Of a stretch of DNA of 64,000 nucleotides, positions 1 through 12,722 are shown in pieces. Positions within the stretch are counted from its first letter, which is position 1; the number at the start of each line of letters is the position of its first letter. The DNA lies in NCBI GenBank assembly GCA_024679065.1, contig JAGIQG010000008.1, positions 50,096,001 to 50,160,000 of the forward strand. The letters run 5' to 3'. The stretch comes from Sphyrna mokarran (lineage: Eukaryota). Both the position numbers and the translations under genes were made by a program. The notes under the pieces were generated by a model. That model searched no databases and was not told the origin of the DNA. It saw only the letters and a program-made list of their open reading frames with translations.

Positions 1-569
1 GACTTTTAGACCCGTTCTCAGGTACCCCCATACACACTCTGCAGGCAAAAAGATCAGCGATTCCAAATCGCATTATACAAGCCTGTGGGTGAGGCTTAAT
101 GCGCCTGAAATCCCGCAGCTCCGATCGGCACCTCCAACTGCATATGCGCGAAAGAAAAATGTCAGAATTATGCCTTCTTGCTACATCTCTCCCGGGCCAG
201 ATGTTGCCTCTCCTGGCCCCCAGAGACATTGCCCCAGCCCCACAACATTTAACGACCTCTTTATTCCCATTGCCATGCAGAGCTATTGTGGGCCCCTCCA
301 CCTTTACCCCCCCCAGCACTGATCTCAGGCTGTGAGGCAGCGGACACCTCCCACCCGCCACCCTCCACCCTCCACCCGCCCCACAATCAGCACACCTACA
401 AGTGTTCACTCAGTGCTGGCAAACAAACTGCATGGAACTTGCTGGAATGCTCTGCTAAACTGCCTGCAGCTGCTTTGCCCTAACAAGGAGCAGCTCCATT
501 TAAAAACTCAAGAATGAACAGGCAAGCAGGCATTCCTTCATAAACTGTGTGCAAAACCAGCCCATTCCC

Positions 570-2530
570 CACCCTCCCGATTTTTACTGAGGGCAATCTG
601 GGGAGGTGCTGGATGTAGCAGAGGTGAGGCAGGACACCCTCTTTCCCCCCTCCTAAGATTTCCTGTGATGGAAATATAGCCTGGGAGAAATCACAACTTT
701 GGTTAGTGCCAAGGTACTGACCCCCTCTCTCGAATGGGGAAGCAATGCTGGAAAAAGTCAATGACCTTACCCGTGTAGCAAGGGTGAGTGCTGAACCCCG
801 TCTTGCATTTTCCCCCAAATCATACTCAGATCCTCCCATCCCCAGCAACCTGCATGTTTCCAGCTCCTGACCCTCAAGGAGCTCCTTCCTATCCTTCCTG
901 AGAGCCCCACTGCTGGGGCCACTGTCTGATACTCTGCAGGAGTCACACCATCATTTCTTTCATGACTCTTTCTGTCTCCAAAAGAGAAGATTGACCATTA
1001 CAGACGACCGGGGGTGGTTTGCCCAACATCTGGGCCTTCACCCCTTCTTGAGGAGTGGGTGCTGAAGCTTTCAAGAGAAAGGGAGATGTAGGCTGTCAGC
1101 AACAGCATGGTCAGGCTGCTGTCAAGATGAGCACTTGTCATTCTTCCACTCACTTTGAGGCAACATCTCGGGGGCATGAGTTTCAGATGTGAGGGGCACG
1201 CTTTAAAGGAAAAGTATAAGGCATGTTTATTTACATTGAGAGGGTAGTGGGTGTGTGGAATTCGCTGCTGTGGAAAGTGGCAGATACAGATAAGATAGTG
1301 AACTTTAAGGGGCCTGTTTATAGCTTTGTGATTGGGATTGAAATAGAGGCATATGGTCCCCGGAAGGGAAGGAGGTTACAAATCAGATGAGCAGCTTGGT
1401 CGCTACAGGCTTGAAGGGTCTGTTCCAGTGACGTAATTTTCTTGGTCTTTTGTTCTATGCTCAATGGAGAAATGTGAATCACATGCTTGGCATCACAATT
1501 CCTCTCCCTGCCTTGCACTTAACCTGTGTCTTGTGTTGCAGGGACACAATTGAATGCCCCAGAGCCATCTGGATTCCAGGCCAGTACTGCTGCTCCTGCC
1601 CATCCTGATCCAGATGGTTTGGACGAGTCCTCGGAAGATATGGGTGAAGAGACATCCAAGAGTGGCACTGAATAGGTGTCAGCTGCCACCTCACAACTCA
1701 TCATCCCAGAGTCTGACACATCGTTGGGTCCAGTTAGTGGCGAGGCTTCTCGGTCACTCTCTGGTGATCATTGGCACATCTGATAGTGTACAACGTGTGG
1801 AGGAGGGAACATTCATGACTCTGGAATGTGGGGTCCTGCCGGAGGCGAGGACTCAGCTGTCCCAGGTTGCATGCTGATCCTTTGAGATCACTTCTCCCTC
1901 AGATGCTCGAGATGCCAAAGAGGCTGAGAACTACATTGGACCATCTATGAGACTATAGGGAGGTGTCCCAAAGCTTTTAGACGGACCATCTGGTGCCTGT
2001 CTTGCGTTCTTCCCAGGCCAACACTGCAAGAGTGGCAGCTGCAGTGGAAAGCCTGGGGCAGGGGATCTCATCTTGAGTGATAGGCTCCAAGTGATGGCCG
2101 AGTCACAGCAGGCCGCAGCTAAGGGACTGAACAGCATTCTTGAGATTCTGCAGCTCGTGGCTGACAGAATTGAGAGCTTGCAGGAGACCCAGCGGGCCAG
2201 TGCTGGGACAAAGTGGGCTATGGCAGCAGCTCTTGAGAACATGGACCAGTCTCAGAGGGCACACTGCAGCCATTGAGAGGTAACCCCGACTTAATGGTCA
2301 TTGCAGAGGGCTCAACCATCAAGGATAGAACACAGGCGGTCCTCCAGGACTTGCAGTGCAAGGTGACGCTGGAGTTTCTGGAGCTCACTGCAGAAGCACT
2401 GCCATCACGTGGAGTGACCCAGGAACCCCAAGGGAGAAGGAAGGGCTCGAGCCTACACCGGGGTGTTCCAACCAGGAGGCTGTGGCTGTGGCTACATTCC
2501 TGACTCGCCTCCCACCCACCCTGGACGAGT
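570..2530 (+). pseudogene. Harbinger Myb/SANT-like DNA-binding partner gene, spliced and decayed
   Basis: ~570-783 translates with frameshifts as ..RF.EGNL..LDVAEVRQDTLFP..AWE..TLVSA..RMGKQCWKKVNDLTRVAR, then donor AGG|GTGAGT. ~985-1070 reads EKIDHYRR..GGLPNIWAFTP.EEWVL. A coiled-coil-like ORF follows at 2073-2276. Confidence 0.7.
1168..1456 (+). mobile_element. CR1 LINE 3' fragment inside Harbinger #1
   Basis: Degenerate GH.F..RG..FT.RVVGVWNSL-type coding remnant followed by a CR1-type tail. Confidence 0.75.
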
Positions 2531-2899
2531 GAATCTCTCCCACCCCAGGGCCCTGTATGGGGATTTCAGATCCCTTGCCCACTACACAGACGTGGGCCCA
2601 GATGCCAGCGTGTATGCGGAGCTCAGGTAGGAGAGTCAGATTCGTTTGCATTAGGGCACCATCATCATGGTGCTCAGTGAATTGTTATCACCCTCTTGCC
2701 TGCCAAAAAGCTCAGTAACAGAGTACCCAGGTCCACCACTCTGGTGTGACAATGTTGCAGGATATAGAAGGAATTTTGCAGTTGGGAGGGGATGGAACCA
2801 ACAGACACAAATCCCTAGCGAGTGAACTGCTTGGTGATCAGAGCCTCCCTTCCCGCCCTTGCATGCCTCATTTGGGCTGCCAGCCCTTCAGTTGGTGTT

Positions 2900-3895
2900 C
2901 CTTGACATGCGCTTCCTCTTCTTCTTCCTCCTTGTCCTGCTGGTCACCCTTCCCAGTGACTCCTGGCTGGTCAGCCTCCACATCCTCCTCCCCCTCCAAT
3001 AGATCATCTCTCTGTCAAGCCAGATTGTGCAAGGCACAGCGCACAACCACTATGCAGGAGGAGATCACAAGGTTGTATTGGAGAGCTCTGTCAGATTAGT
3101 CCAGGCACTGGAATTGCATTTTGAAGAGCCCAATGCACTCTCCACTATCGCACAGCTGGCTACATGGCCTTTATTATAGTGGGTCTTTGCTTCAGACATC
3201 GGCCCTACACAGGCATCATCAGCCATTCCTGAAGTGGGTAACCAATATCACCATGAGCCACTCCCCAGCCTGGACTGCTCCTCAAATGCCTCTGGGATGT
3301 CTGAGCTCCTGATAATGAAGCTGTTGTGCACACTACTGGATGTTTTGCGCAGACATACATAATATTCATCTTATGATTGCACATGAGTTGCACGTTCAGG
3401 GAGTGGAACGCTTTTCTGTTGATGGATTCTGTAGGGGGGCTGTGATTGTGCGGAGCATGTGGCTGGGGGAGTTGGGAGGGGGGCTGTGATGGTGGAGAGT
3501 ATGTGCCTGAGAGAACTGGTTTGATGTGAGTTTGACTGTATGTTTAGTCAATGGTCCCCAGCACATTAGGCATCCCCATAATGGCTGCAAACCCTGCAGA
3601 CCAGGTTTCCTGATGGACCAGGTCCAGGTTAAATTTGATATACTGTCCAGTCTAGGCATACAAGGCTTCTATGAGCTACTTGATACAGGGGTGCACAGCT
3701 CACCAGAGTTGGCATCTCTGCTAGGGATCTGTAAGGAGCTAATCATACAAAAGTTCAGAGCAGCCGTCAATTTGACAACCATTGAGAATGGGTGCCCCCT
3801 CCCACCTCTAGGTGCCAGGTCCTGCAACAGATTGCACAGGTATTGCACCGTCTCCTTTTGGAAGTGGAGACATCCACGTCATATGGTGTTCAACA
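2900..3895 (-). pseudogene. Harbinger (HARBI1-like, DDE_Tnp_4) transposase, decayed
   Basis: Minus-strand translation: LHFQKETVQYLCNLLQDL..VKLTAALNF..GFAAIMGMPNVLGTID; INRKAFHSLNVQLMCNHKMNIMYVCAKHP; GDIGYPLQEWLMMPV (ORF 3205-3393); IGLFKMQFQCLD..CALHNLA. Contains stops and frameshifts. Confidence 0.9.
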
Positions 3896-6800
3896 GGATT
3901 CAGGGTAAGCCCTCTTAGAGTGAAAGGCAAGATTGGCAAAAGTAGGGAACCCTGGATGACTCGGGATATTGAGGCCCTGGTTAAGAAGAAGAAAGAGGCA
4001 CACAACATGCATTGGCAGCTGGGGTCAAGTGAATCCCTTGAAGAGTACAGGAAGTGTAGGGGTAGAGTTAAGAGAGAAATCAAGAGGGCAAATAGGAGAC
4101 ACAAGATTGTTTTGGCAGATTAAGCAAAGGAGAATCTAAAGAGCTTCTATAAATACATTAAGGACAAAAGAGTAACAAGGAAGAGTAGGGCCTCTTAAGG
4201 ATCAACAAAGGCATCTATGTGCGGATTCACAAGAGTTGAATGAGATCTTAAATTAATATTTCTCATTGGTATTTACTGTCAGGGAATTGGGGAAATAAAT
4301 AGTGATGTCTTGAGAAACATACATATTACAGAGAAAGAGGTGTTGGAAATCTTAAAGCCCATCAAGGTAAATAAATCCCTAGGATCTGATGAAGTTTATC
4401 CTCGGACATTGTGGGAGGCTAGGGAGGAAATTGCAGGTCCCCTAGCAGAGATATTTGAATCATCAATAGTCACTGTGAGGTGCCTGAATATTGGAAGATA
4501 GCAAATGTGTTTTTCTTTAAAAAGGGCTACAAGAAAAAGCCTGGGAACTACTCACATCTCACAGATGAGTCTCACATCTGTAGTAGATAAGTTGTTGGAA
4601 GTATTTTGAGAGACAGGATTTACAGGATATTTAGAGATATAAGAACTGACTAGGGACAGTCAGCATGGTATCGAGTGGAAAATCATGTCTCACAAATTTG
4701 ATTGAGTTTTTGAAGGGGTAACTAAGAAAGTAGATGAGGGCAATGTAGTTGTTGTCTACATCAACTTTAACAAGACCTTTGACAAAGTACCATATGGTAG
4801 GTTGTTGCATAAGGTTAAATCTCACAGGATCCAGAGTGAGGTATTTAAATGGATACAAAATTGGCTTCTTGACAGAAGCCAGAGGGTGGTTATAGACGTT
4901 TGTTTTTCAAACTGGAGATCTGTGATTAGCAGTGTGCCTCAGGGATCAGTCCTGGTTGTCATTTATATTAACAATTTGGATGAGAGTATAGGAGGTATGG
5001 TTAGTAAGTTTGTAGATGACACCAAGATTAGTGGCAGAGTGGATAGTGAAGAAAGTTATCTTCGATTGAAATGGGATCTTGATCAGTTGGCTAGTGGGCT
5101 AATGAATAGAAGATGAAGTTTAAATTTAGATAAATGTGACGTGATGCATTTTGGTAGATTGAACAAAGGCAGGACTGGATTGAACTAAGGTACGATGCTG
5201 GGTAGAGTTACAGAACAAAGAGATCTAGGGGAAAATGTTCATAGCTTCTTGAAAATAGAGTCACAGGTGGACAGAGTGGGGAAGAAGGCATTCAACATGC
5301 TTGGTTTCATCGATCAGGACATTGAATACAGGAGTTGGAACATTTTGTTAAAAGATATCGGTAAGGCCACACTTGGAATAGAGTGTGCAATTCTGGTCAC
5401 CGTATAATAGAAAGGATATTAGTAAACTAGAAAGAGTGCAGAAAAGATTTATTAGGATCCTACCAGCACTTGATGGATTGAGTTATAAGGATATGCTGAA
5501 TAGACTAGACTTTTTTTTACTGGAGTGTAGGAGGCTGAGGGGTGATAGAACATAGAACATAGAACATAGAACAATACAGCACAGAACAGGCCCTTCGGCC
5601 TTCGATGTTGTGCCGACCAAAATAAAAAGCAATGCCCCTCCTAACTAAACCATTCCCTTCTCATCCATAGACTTATCAACTAACCTCTTAAACGCCACCA
5701 AACTTGGCGCATCTACAACAGCTGCAGGCAGGGCATTCCACTCCCTAATCACTCTTTGAGTAAAGAACCGACCTCTGATATCCGTCCTATAACTCATACC
5801 CCTTAATTTAAAGCTGTGTCCCCCCGTGCTAGCTTTCTCCATCCTAGGAAAAAGGCTATCACTGTCCACCCTATCTAAACCTCTAATCATCTTATATGCT
5901 TCAATAAGATCCCCTCTTAGCCGCCTCCTTTCTAACGAAAACAACTCAAATCCTTCAACCTCTCTTCATAGGACCTGCCCTCCATACCAGGCAACATCCT
6001 GGTAAACCTCCTCTGTACCCTCTCCAATGCCTCCACATCTTTCTTATAATGTGGCGACCAGAACTGCACACAATACTCCAAGTGCGGCCGCACTAGAGTT
6101 TTGTACATCTGCAACATGATGCTGCGGCTCCTAAATTCAATCCCCCTACCAATAAAAGCTAAGACTCCATAAGCCTTCTTAACAACTTTATCCACTTGAC
6201 TGCCTACTGTCAGGGATCTATTGACACATACACCAAGATCCTTCTGTTCCTCAACACGATTAAGAGCCCTACCATTAGCCCTATACTCTACACATTTATT
6301 GTTCCTGCCAAAGTGCATTACCTCACACTTTTCCACATTAAACTCCATTTGCCACCTCTCGGCCCAGCTCTGCAACTTGTCCAAGTCACTCTGTAAACTA
6401 AAACACCCCTCTTCACTATCTACCACACCACCAACTTTAGTATCATCTGCAATTTTACTGATCCATCCCTCAATACCCTCATCCAGATCATTTATAAAAA
6501 TTACAAACAGCAGGGGCCCCACAACAGACCCCTGAGGCACACCACTCGTCACCGAACTCCACGAAGAAAATCTCCCATCAACCACCACCCTCTGTCTTCT
6601 ATCTGCCAGCCAATTTCTAATCCAATTAGCTTAATCACCCTCTATTCCACACATCTGCATTTTCTGTAGAAGTCTTCCATGGGCCACCTTATCAAAAGCC
6701 TTACTAAAGTCCATATATACTACATCAACCGCATTACCCCCATCCACCTCTCTGGTCACTTTCTCAAAAAACTCAATGAGGTTAGTCAGGCATGACCTAC

Positions 6801-7503
6801 CCTTCACGAAACCATGCTGACTATCCCCAATCAATTCATTTCTCTCTAAATAACTATAAATCCTATCCCTAATCATTCTCTCCAATACTTTGCCCACAAC
6901 AGAAGTAAGACTCACTGGCCTATAATTCCCTGGAAGGTCTCTCTTCCCCTTCTTGAACAACGGGACCACATTCGCTATCCTCCAGTCCTCCGGAACCACA
7001 CCCGTAACCAACGAGGACCTGAAGATCAGAGCCAGAGGCCCTGCAATCTCCTCTCTTGCCTCCCAGAGAATCCTAGGGTAAATCCCGTCTGGCCCAGGGG
7101 ACTTATCCAACTTCAAACCCTCATCTTATAAACTGATCTTATAGAGATCTATAAAATAATAAGGGGCACAAATCAGCTAGATAGTCAGTGTTTTCCCAAA
7201 GGTAGGGGAATCTAAAACTAGAAGACATAGGCTTAAGGTGAGAGGGGAGAGTTACAAAAGTGTCCATAGAGGCAATTTTTTCACACAAAGGGTGGTGAGT
7301 GTCTGGAACAAGCTGCTGGAGGTAGTAGTGGAGGCAAGTAAAATTTTATCTTTTATAAAGCATTTAGATAGTTACATGGGTACAGTGGGTATAGAGGGAT
7401 GTGGGCAATTGGGATTAGCTTAGGGGCTTTTTAAAAAAAAAGTGGCTTGGATATGTTGGGCTGAAGAGCCTGTTTCCATGCTGTAAACCTCCATGACTCT
7501 AAG
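3896..7503 (+). mobile_element. CR1 LINE, 5'-truncated and decayed, split by a nested CR1 (pieces 3896-5546 and 7134-7503)
   Basis: ORF2 remnants EPWMTRDIE, SSVPQGSVL, KFVDDTK, FFTQRVVSVWNKL. RRLRGD|LIEIYK joins across the insertion. Tail GGGCTGAAGAGCCTGTTTCCATGCTGT. Confidence 0.92.
5547..7122 (-). mobile_element. Young CR1 LINE, 5'-truncated, reverse-transcriptase region
   Basis: ORFs 6631-7116, 5932-6588 and 5645-5944 (KSPGPDG, NYRPVSLTS, DFSKAFDKV, GVPQGS, IADDTK), broken by one stop and one frameshift. (ATAGAAC)n tail at 5545-5572. Confidence 0.97.
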
Positions 7504-8224
7504 TCTTTAAAGTGACAAAGCATTATGAAAACTTTGCAAGGAGCTGTGATTGTGGGGAGCATATGGCTAGGGAATTGGGGGGCTGTGATTGTGGGGAGCA
7601 TATGCCTGGGGGAATTGGGGTGGGGCTGTGACTGTTGAGAGGCTGCAGCAGTGCAATTTGCAAGGGCTTTGTGCACATCCTTCAGCTGGAAGTGAGTTGA
7701 GTACACTAGAACACAGCAGCACTGCAGGACCCAAGGTCAGTGCTGAGACCTGGGTCTGTGCTGTAAGTCACATGCTCCACACAATCACAGCCCCCACCCA
7801 CCCCCTACACACTTGCAGAGTGACCATTGACCCAAGAAATAAAAGGACACCCATGAGCAACGGAGAACCATCGGATACTAGGCACTTACCTCCACACTAA
7901 CCTTCACTGATGGAGCACCTAATCGGACTTTGATGGAGCACATCTGTTTTGCGCCAATTCGGCATTGGTGAACGCGGTGGAAAAGAGGGAAGTGTCAGTA
8001 AAGTTGGTTGATAAAATTCAAATGCATTTAAATGACCATTGTGCTCATTTTGGGCATGGTCCTGATCAAGTCTATTTTCAGGCCTTGGTAAAAGGGGAAC
8101 CAGCGCGGAGGTAGGCATGGATCATTCTAATTGCCACATGCCTGACTTTATCAAGTTTTCGGGCTCAAAAATGGGCACAACTTGATGTTAAGATCGGGCT
8201 TATAGACTCTGATCTGTAGAATTC

Positions 8225-8400
8225 AGCTCTTTTCTCCATGTTTGGACCAAGGCTGTAATGAAGCCTGGAGTTGAACCCAATTAGAGCATCAATGAGCAGA
8301 TCATTGCTGATTAAATGTGTCTTGCTAGCACTTGACCACACCTTCCATTATTTTGCTTATGATTGAGAACAGACTGATGAGACAACAACTGGCCAATTGA
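8225..8400 (-). mobile_element. Old CR1/L2-clade LINE RT fragment
   Basis: LASCCLISLFSIISKIMEGVV resembles the RT motif ANYRPISLLSIISKVMEGV. Confidence 0.65.
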
Positions 8401-8419
8401 AATTGACTGGACAGAACAT

Positions 8420-8565
8420 TCCTGTGCTCTGACGAAAGGTTACTACTGACCTGAAACATTAATAGTGTTTCTCTGCCACAGTTGCTGTCAGATCTGTTGA
8501 GTATTTCCAGCATTTTCTGTTTCTATTTCATGTTTTCAGCATCTGTAGCATTTTGCATTTGTTGT
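8420..8565 (+). mobile_element. Penelope-type repeat with degenerate hammerhead motif
   Basis: CTGACGA (8429-8435), stem AGGTTA/TGACCT, GAAA (8453-8456), then the TTTCCAGCATTTTCTGTTT tail also seen at 37400 and 51665. Confidence 0.65.
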
Positions 8566-8604
8566 TTTGGTAGATGTGTCAGCATCACACAGTAACACTG
8601 TTTA

Positions 8605-9035
8605 GTGTTAGTCAGAGTCAATGGTAGGACTCTTGCCTCTGATTCGGAAGGTTGTAAACTCAAGTTCCACTCCAGAGGTGTGCGTCATTAAGTTATTAGT
8701 GCAACACTGTATCCATATTTCATTGATTTATTAAAGGTATCTTAGATGAGATATTAAACTGTGCCCCTCCCAAGTGGGCATAAAAGATCCCACAGCATTA
8801 TTTGAGGAAAGTCAGGGTACTTGTTAAGATTTTTCCCCTCAACTAAAAAACAATAAAATGGAATATCTGGTCAATAACACATTTTTGATTTGAGATCTTG
8901 CTCTGCTTAAATTGACTACCAATTAATTGCTACATTATAGTAACAACTACATTTGAAACAACTTCATTGCTTTTAAACATTCCGGTACATTCTGGTTTCA
9001 TGAAAGGTGCTATATAAATACATCTCTTTCTTTCA
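8605..9035 (+). mobile_element. DeuSINE (SacSINE1-like)
   Basis: tRNA-like head, Deu-domain block GAGATATTAAAC..GTGGGCATAAAAGATCCCACAGCATTATTTG, tail GAAAGGTGCTATATAAAT. Confidence 0.75.
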
Positions 9036-9099
9036 GTACAAAATATTATGAGGATTTTGAGAGTAAAATCCAGAAAATAATCTGTAATCTGCTCCAAAA

Positions 9100-9420
9100 C
9101 AGCATGGTGGCATAGTAGTTAGCACTGTTGCCTCAGTGCCAGAGGCCTGGATTCAATTCTGGCCTTGGGTGACTGTCTTGTGGAATTTGCATGTTCTCCC
9201 CAACTTTGCGTGGGTTTCCTCTGGGTGCTCCAGTTTCTTCCCACAGTCCAAAGATGTGTGGGTTAGGAAGATTGTCTATGCTAAATTGACCCTTAGTGTC
9301 AGGGAGATTAGCAGGATAAATAAATCGGGTTATGAGAAAAGAGCCTGCGTGGGATTATTGTTGGTGCAGGCTTGATGGGCTGAATGGCTTACTTCTGCAT
9401 TTAGGGGATTCTGTGATGCA
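9100..9420 (+). mobile_element. HE1-type V-SINE
   Basis: tRNA head (TGGTGGCATAGTAGTTAGCACTG, B-box-like GGATTCAATTC), V-domain TTTGCATGTTCTCCCC..GCGTGGGTTTCCTCTGGGTGCTCC, CR1-type tail GATGGGCTGAATGGC. Confidence 0.92.
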
Positions 9421-10019
9421 AGAAGCTTATTAAATTTCTGAATATCAAGCAACTTGGACCATCCTATAAAGGCCTGAAATAGCAGAATGCCAAAACAATG
9501 TCTAAATATCTACTTCAAAAAGATCTTCATGGAGGTCGCTTCGTAAATTTCCCCAATGCAGTCATGGGTTTCTCTGGGCTCAAGGGCAGTGAGTATCTCG
9601 CAGCAAATCCAATTTCAGTTTTCGATGGTCATGAAGGATTGTGCTGCCAACTTTTCATTTTTCTTTGTTAGAGGTAATCACCAATTCAGCTGGTGATATT
9701 TTAGATGTGGTATGGTTATTAATAAGAACGATTAGCTGCAAAATCCAAAAACGTCTGAAAGGGGCGTGGGGATCATGAAATGTAATTAACCTACTTCCAC
9801 TGTTCCTGATGCATACTTCACGTTGCCTGTTAATTTAAATAATGTAACCTGCATCTAACATTAAGCATGACTGCAGTTGGGTGTCTGTGAAGGGGGCACA
9901 AAATTGTAACAGCTTAGTATGAGTTCAAGCCAGCCTGCACTACTTAAAGGGGGGATGCATTTTGGCTGGAGCAGAAGCTGATTTTGACATGGGAAAGACT
10001 CGCAGACAACATAACGTGA

Positions 10020-10640
10020 TAGAGAGTAGCCTCTATGATTTTCGAATGACGTACTTTAGGTAAGACGAGGACAGATTGTCAGCTATCTCTCAGACGCCCT
10101 GCAAACAAACTTTGTGAAGGCAGTAGACCAAATAGTACGGATAGTCAGTGCCAGCATTTCACCCTAAGAAGCTGGATTTAATAACACACAAAGTTTAATG
10201 ACTGCAGAATAATCAGTGACAATGGGAAATGTGATATCGCACCAACTGCACCATTGGCTTCACAGACTGCTCCTCGCACCACACTCCCATCGCTTATCTA
10301 CCAACAATCTTATCAGTCTAATAACAATAGATGGTCATGCATAGCTTCACCTCATCCTCACATTCAGCACTGCTGCAAGTCTCATATTTGTTTCTCATTG
10401 CCAGATAATTCAACTACGACAGCTATATCACCTAAACAGGCTATACCACATTCACTGATACACTTCCTTTTCTCTTGCAGGACAAACTTGTTTCTTATTG
10501 GAAGGAGCAGCATCAAACCAGTAGGAGGGAGGTAGGGCTGCAATTCCTCATCCTGATGGAAGAGTTGGGCCTGGCAATCATTGGAGTGGCCATGACTGAG
10601 GTTGTGGCCAAAGGCAGAGTTGAAAGCTTTGGAGATTTTG
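10020..10640 (+). pseudogene. Harbinger Myb/SANT-like partner gene remnant
   Basis: Degenerate exon ending ..RSWI..KFND. Second exon after TTTCTCTTGCAG (starts 10481): DKLVSYWKEQHQTSRREVGLQFLILMEELGLAIIG. Confidence 0.6.
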
Positions 10641-11279
10641 GCATTCTCCTGTCTAAGCCTCCTCCTGACATTCCACTCACCTCTCATCCCAAAATCTCTT
10701 CTGTTTTAAAAGCCGCAGATGGTGTTAGCAGGCATTTCTTACTTTCCCTCTCTCTTTCATCGTAACCTTACCCTTGGATATCTGAAAGGAGAACCACAAC
10801 CTGACCAAGCAGTGGTGGAAGAGCAAGAAGATAAAAACGTTCATCCTCCCATCCCTGGTGCATATGCCATGGTGGTGTAGTCCTTCAAGATCATTCAAGG
10901 GTCTTTCTCACTGAAAGTCAACAACTGTGCTATAGTCATTGGGGTAGCTAAGCACGGACAAAGACACATGGAAGATGGACACTAAGGGAATGTGCAAGAA
11001 TGGATATTGATTTATTATAGTCACATGTATTGGGATACAGCGAAAAGTAATGTTTCTTGAGACATTCATTTATGGTTATTTATGTATATCATAAGTTTAG
11101 AAATTTGGTTTGGAATGTTTATTTTGGAGTGGCTTTTGTTTTTACACTGTAGCCAAATGGATCCTATGTTGTCTAGACTGAGGGCTAGTCAGAACTGGAC
11201 TGTTGGCGAGTGGGGAAATGGGCTTGTGTCACTGGTATCTCAGTTAGATGGGTCTGTCATGCAAAGTCCTTTTCGTGAA

Positions 11280-12130
11280 GGGCTGTGTTGGTTCCTTCTC
11301 TTCTTCCTCCTGCTTCTCAGATAATCGCTGTATAGCTGGTATCACATGACAGTGAAACAGTGCAGCATGTAGCTGACCACCACAGATTGTGCGAGGCATT
11401 CTGCAGGATTCCTCCAGAGTGGTGCAGACAATGGAAGCATTGTGGTCTGCTCTATCACATTAAATGCAACTTTTGTTGTATGCACGTTGCCCACATGTGT
11501 TTGGGTTATACACAAGAGTCGTGTTGCCAAAGGATAGTCTTTATTGTCCAATAGCCAGTCTTTACTTTGTTGTGATGACTCAAATGCAGATGGCACAGCG
11601 GATTACTGCAGAATGAAGGCAATATGACTGCTACCCGATACAGTGCCTTGGTTTCCATATTATGCTGTACATGGTCACTTGCCAGCTAAGTGATAAGGGA
11701 ATGATATCCTTTCTGATTATGGAATATCTGAGTTGACATGCACCATCCGCAAAATGACATGTATGTAGTAAATGGCACTGTGCACCACAAGGATGACTCC
11801 AACACCTCCAAAGCTGTGTATTCACATTGTCTGCTTCTCAGATGAGAGAATTAAATATATTCAGTTTTCTTGTTTGACAGAGCCTCAGTGACTTCTTTTA
11901 TCCAAAGTGGATGCAAAGTGGGAAATGTTGCAGATGTTGCCTACTCCAGCTTGGAATGCACCGGGTGAAAAATCTTCACCATTCCCAAGCGCCTCAGCGA
12001 TTGCTGAGGCTATGGTTGAGATTCCAGCCGTTGGCAACTTTCAGTGAAGACAACCTTAGTGAAATGTAAATGTCTCATGCTGAGGTTCATATCAGATAAT
12101 TGTCTCCTGAACATCCTGAGAGGTACAATT
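11280..12130 (-). pseudogene. Harbinger transposase remnant
   Basis: WLLDNKDYPLA (GDxGYPL motif), NVIEQT, VVVSYMLH (ORF 11342-11596); RHLHFTK, GAFQAGVGNICNIS, KEVTEAL. Confidence 0.8.
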
Positions 12131-12389
12131 TCCTGCTGAGAACCTTTCTGTCCTTCCTCTTCCTGTAGCTTGCCCTGCTCTGTGTGGCCTCTGCTCACTC
12201 TCTCTGAAATGCTATAGTCCCAGAGGATTGCAAACAGCTGCACGTAAAAGATGATCCCTTTAAATAGCACTAATGGTGGTGCTGAATGCATGTTCAGCTG
12301 TGCATGTATAGAAACAACTGGACCATTGGTCTCCAAAATCACGACTTTAGTGTTAAATCAGTGTTAATTGTACTAACACTGTCAAGTAA

Positions 12390-12722
12390 GGGGAGGTAAT
12401 GGCCTAGTGATATTATCGTTAGATGATTAATCCAGAAACTCAGTTAATGTTCTGGGGACCCCTGTTTGAATTCCGCTGTGGCAGATGGTGGAATTTAAAT
12501 TCCATAAAAAATATTTGAAATTAAGAATCTATCGATAACCATGAAACCATTGCTGACTGTCGGGAAAAACCCATCTGGTTCACTAATGTCCCTTAACTGG
12601 TCTGGCCTACACGTGACTCCAGGATCAGAGCAATGTGGTTGACTTTTAACTGCCTTCAGACAACCAAGGGCAGGTAATAATTGCTGGCTGGTTAGTGATG
12701 CCCATGTCCCATGAAAAAAAAA
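12390..12722 (+). mobile_element. tRNA-derived SINE with LINE-like tail
   Basis: A-box TGGCCTAGTG, B-box-like GTTTGAATTCC, poly-A end. Tail CAAGGGCA..TGCTGGC..GATGCCCATGTCCCATG resembles LINE tails at ~20700 and ~38670. Second decayed copy at ~27240-27520. Confidence 0.75.

Larger units (their letters stand above)
1..8200. mobile_element. Fossil PIF/Harbinger DNA transposon #1 (left end outside window), interrupted by CR1 insertions
   Basis: Convergent Myb/SANT-like gene (+) and HARBI1-like transposase (-). Likely right end ...GTTAAGATCGGGC followed by TTA at 8200-8202, matching the Harbinger TWA target site. Confidence 0.8.

Noticed and set aside
2900-3895. Host HARBI1 gene
   Set aside because: Multiple stops and frameshifts, a CR1 insertion and a linked Myb partner identify it as a transposon copy.
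9100-9175. tRNA genes at SINE heads
   Set aside because: A/B boxes are followed by V-domain or other SINE bodies, with no intact cloverleaf.
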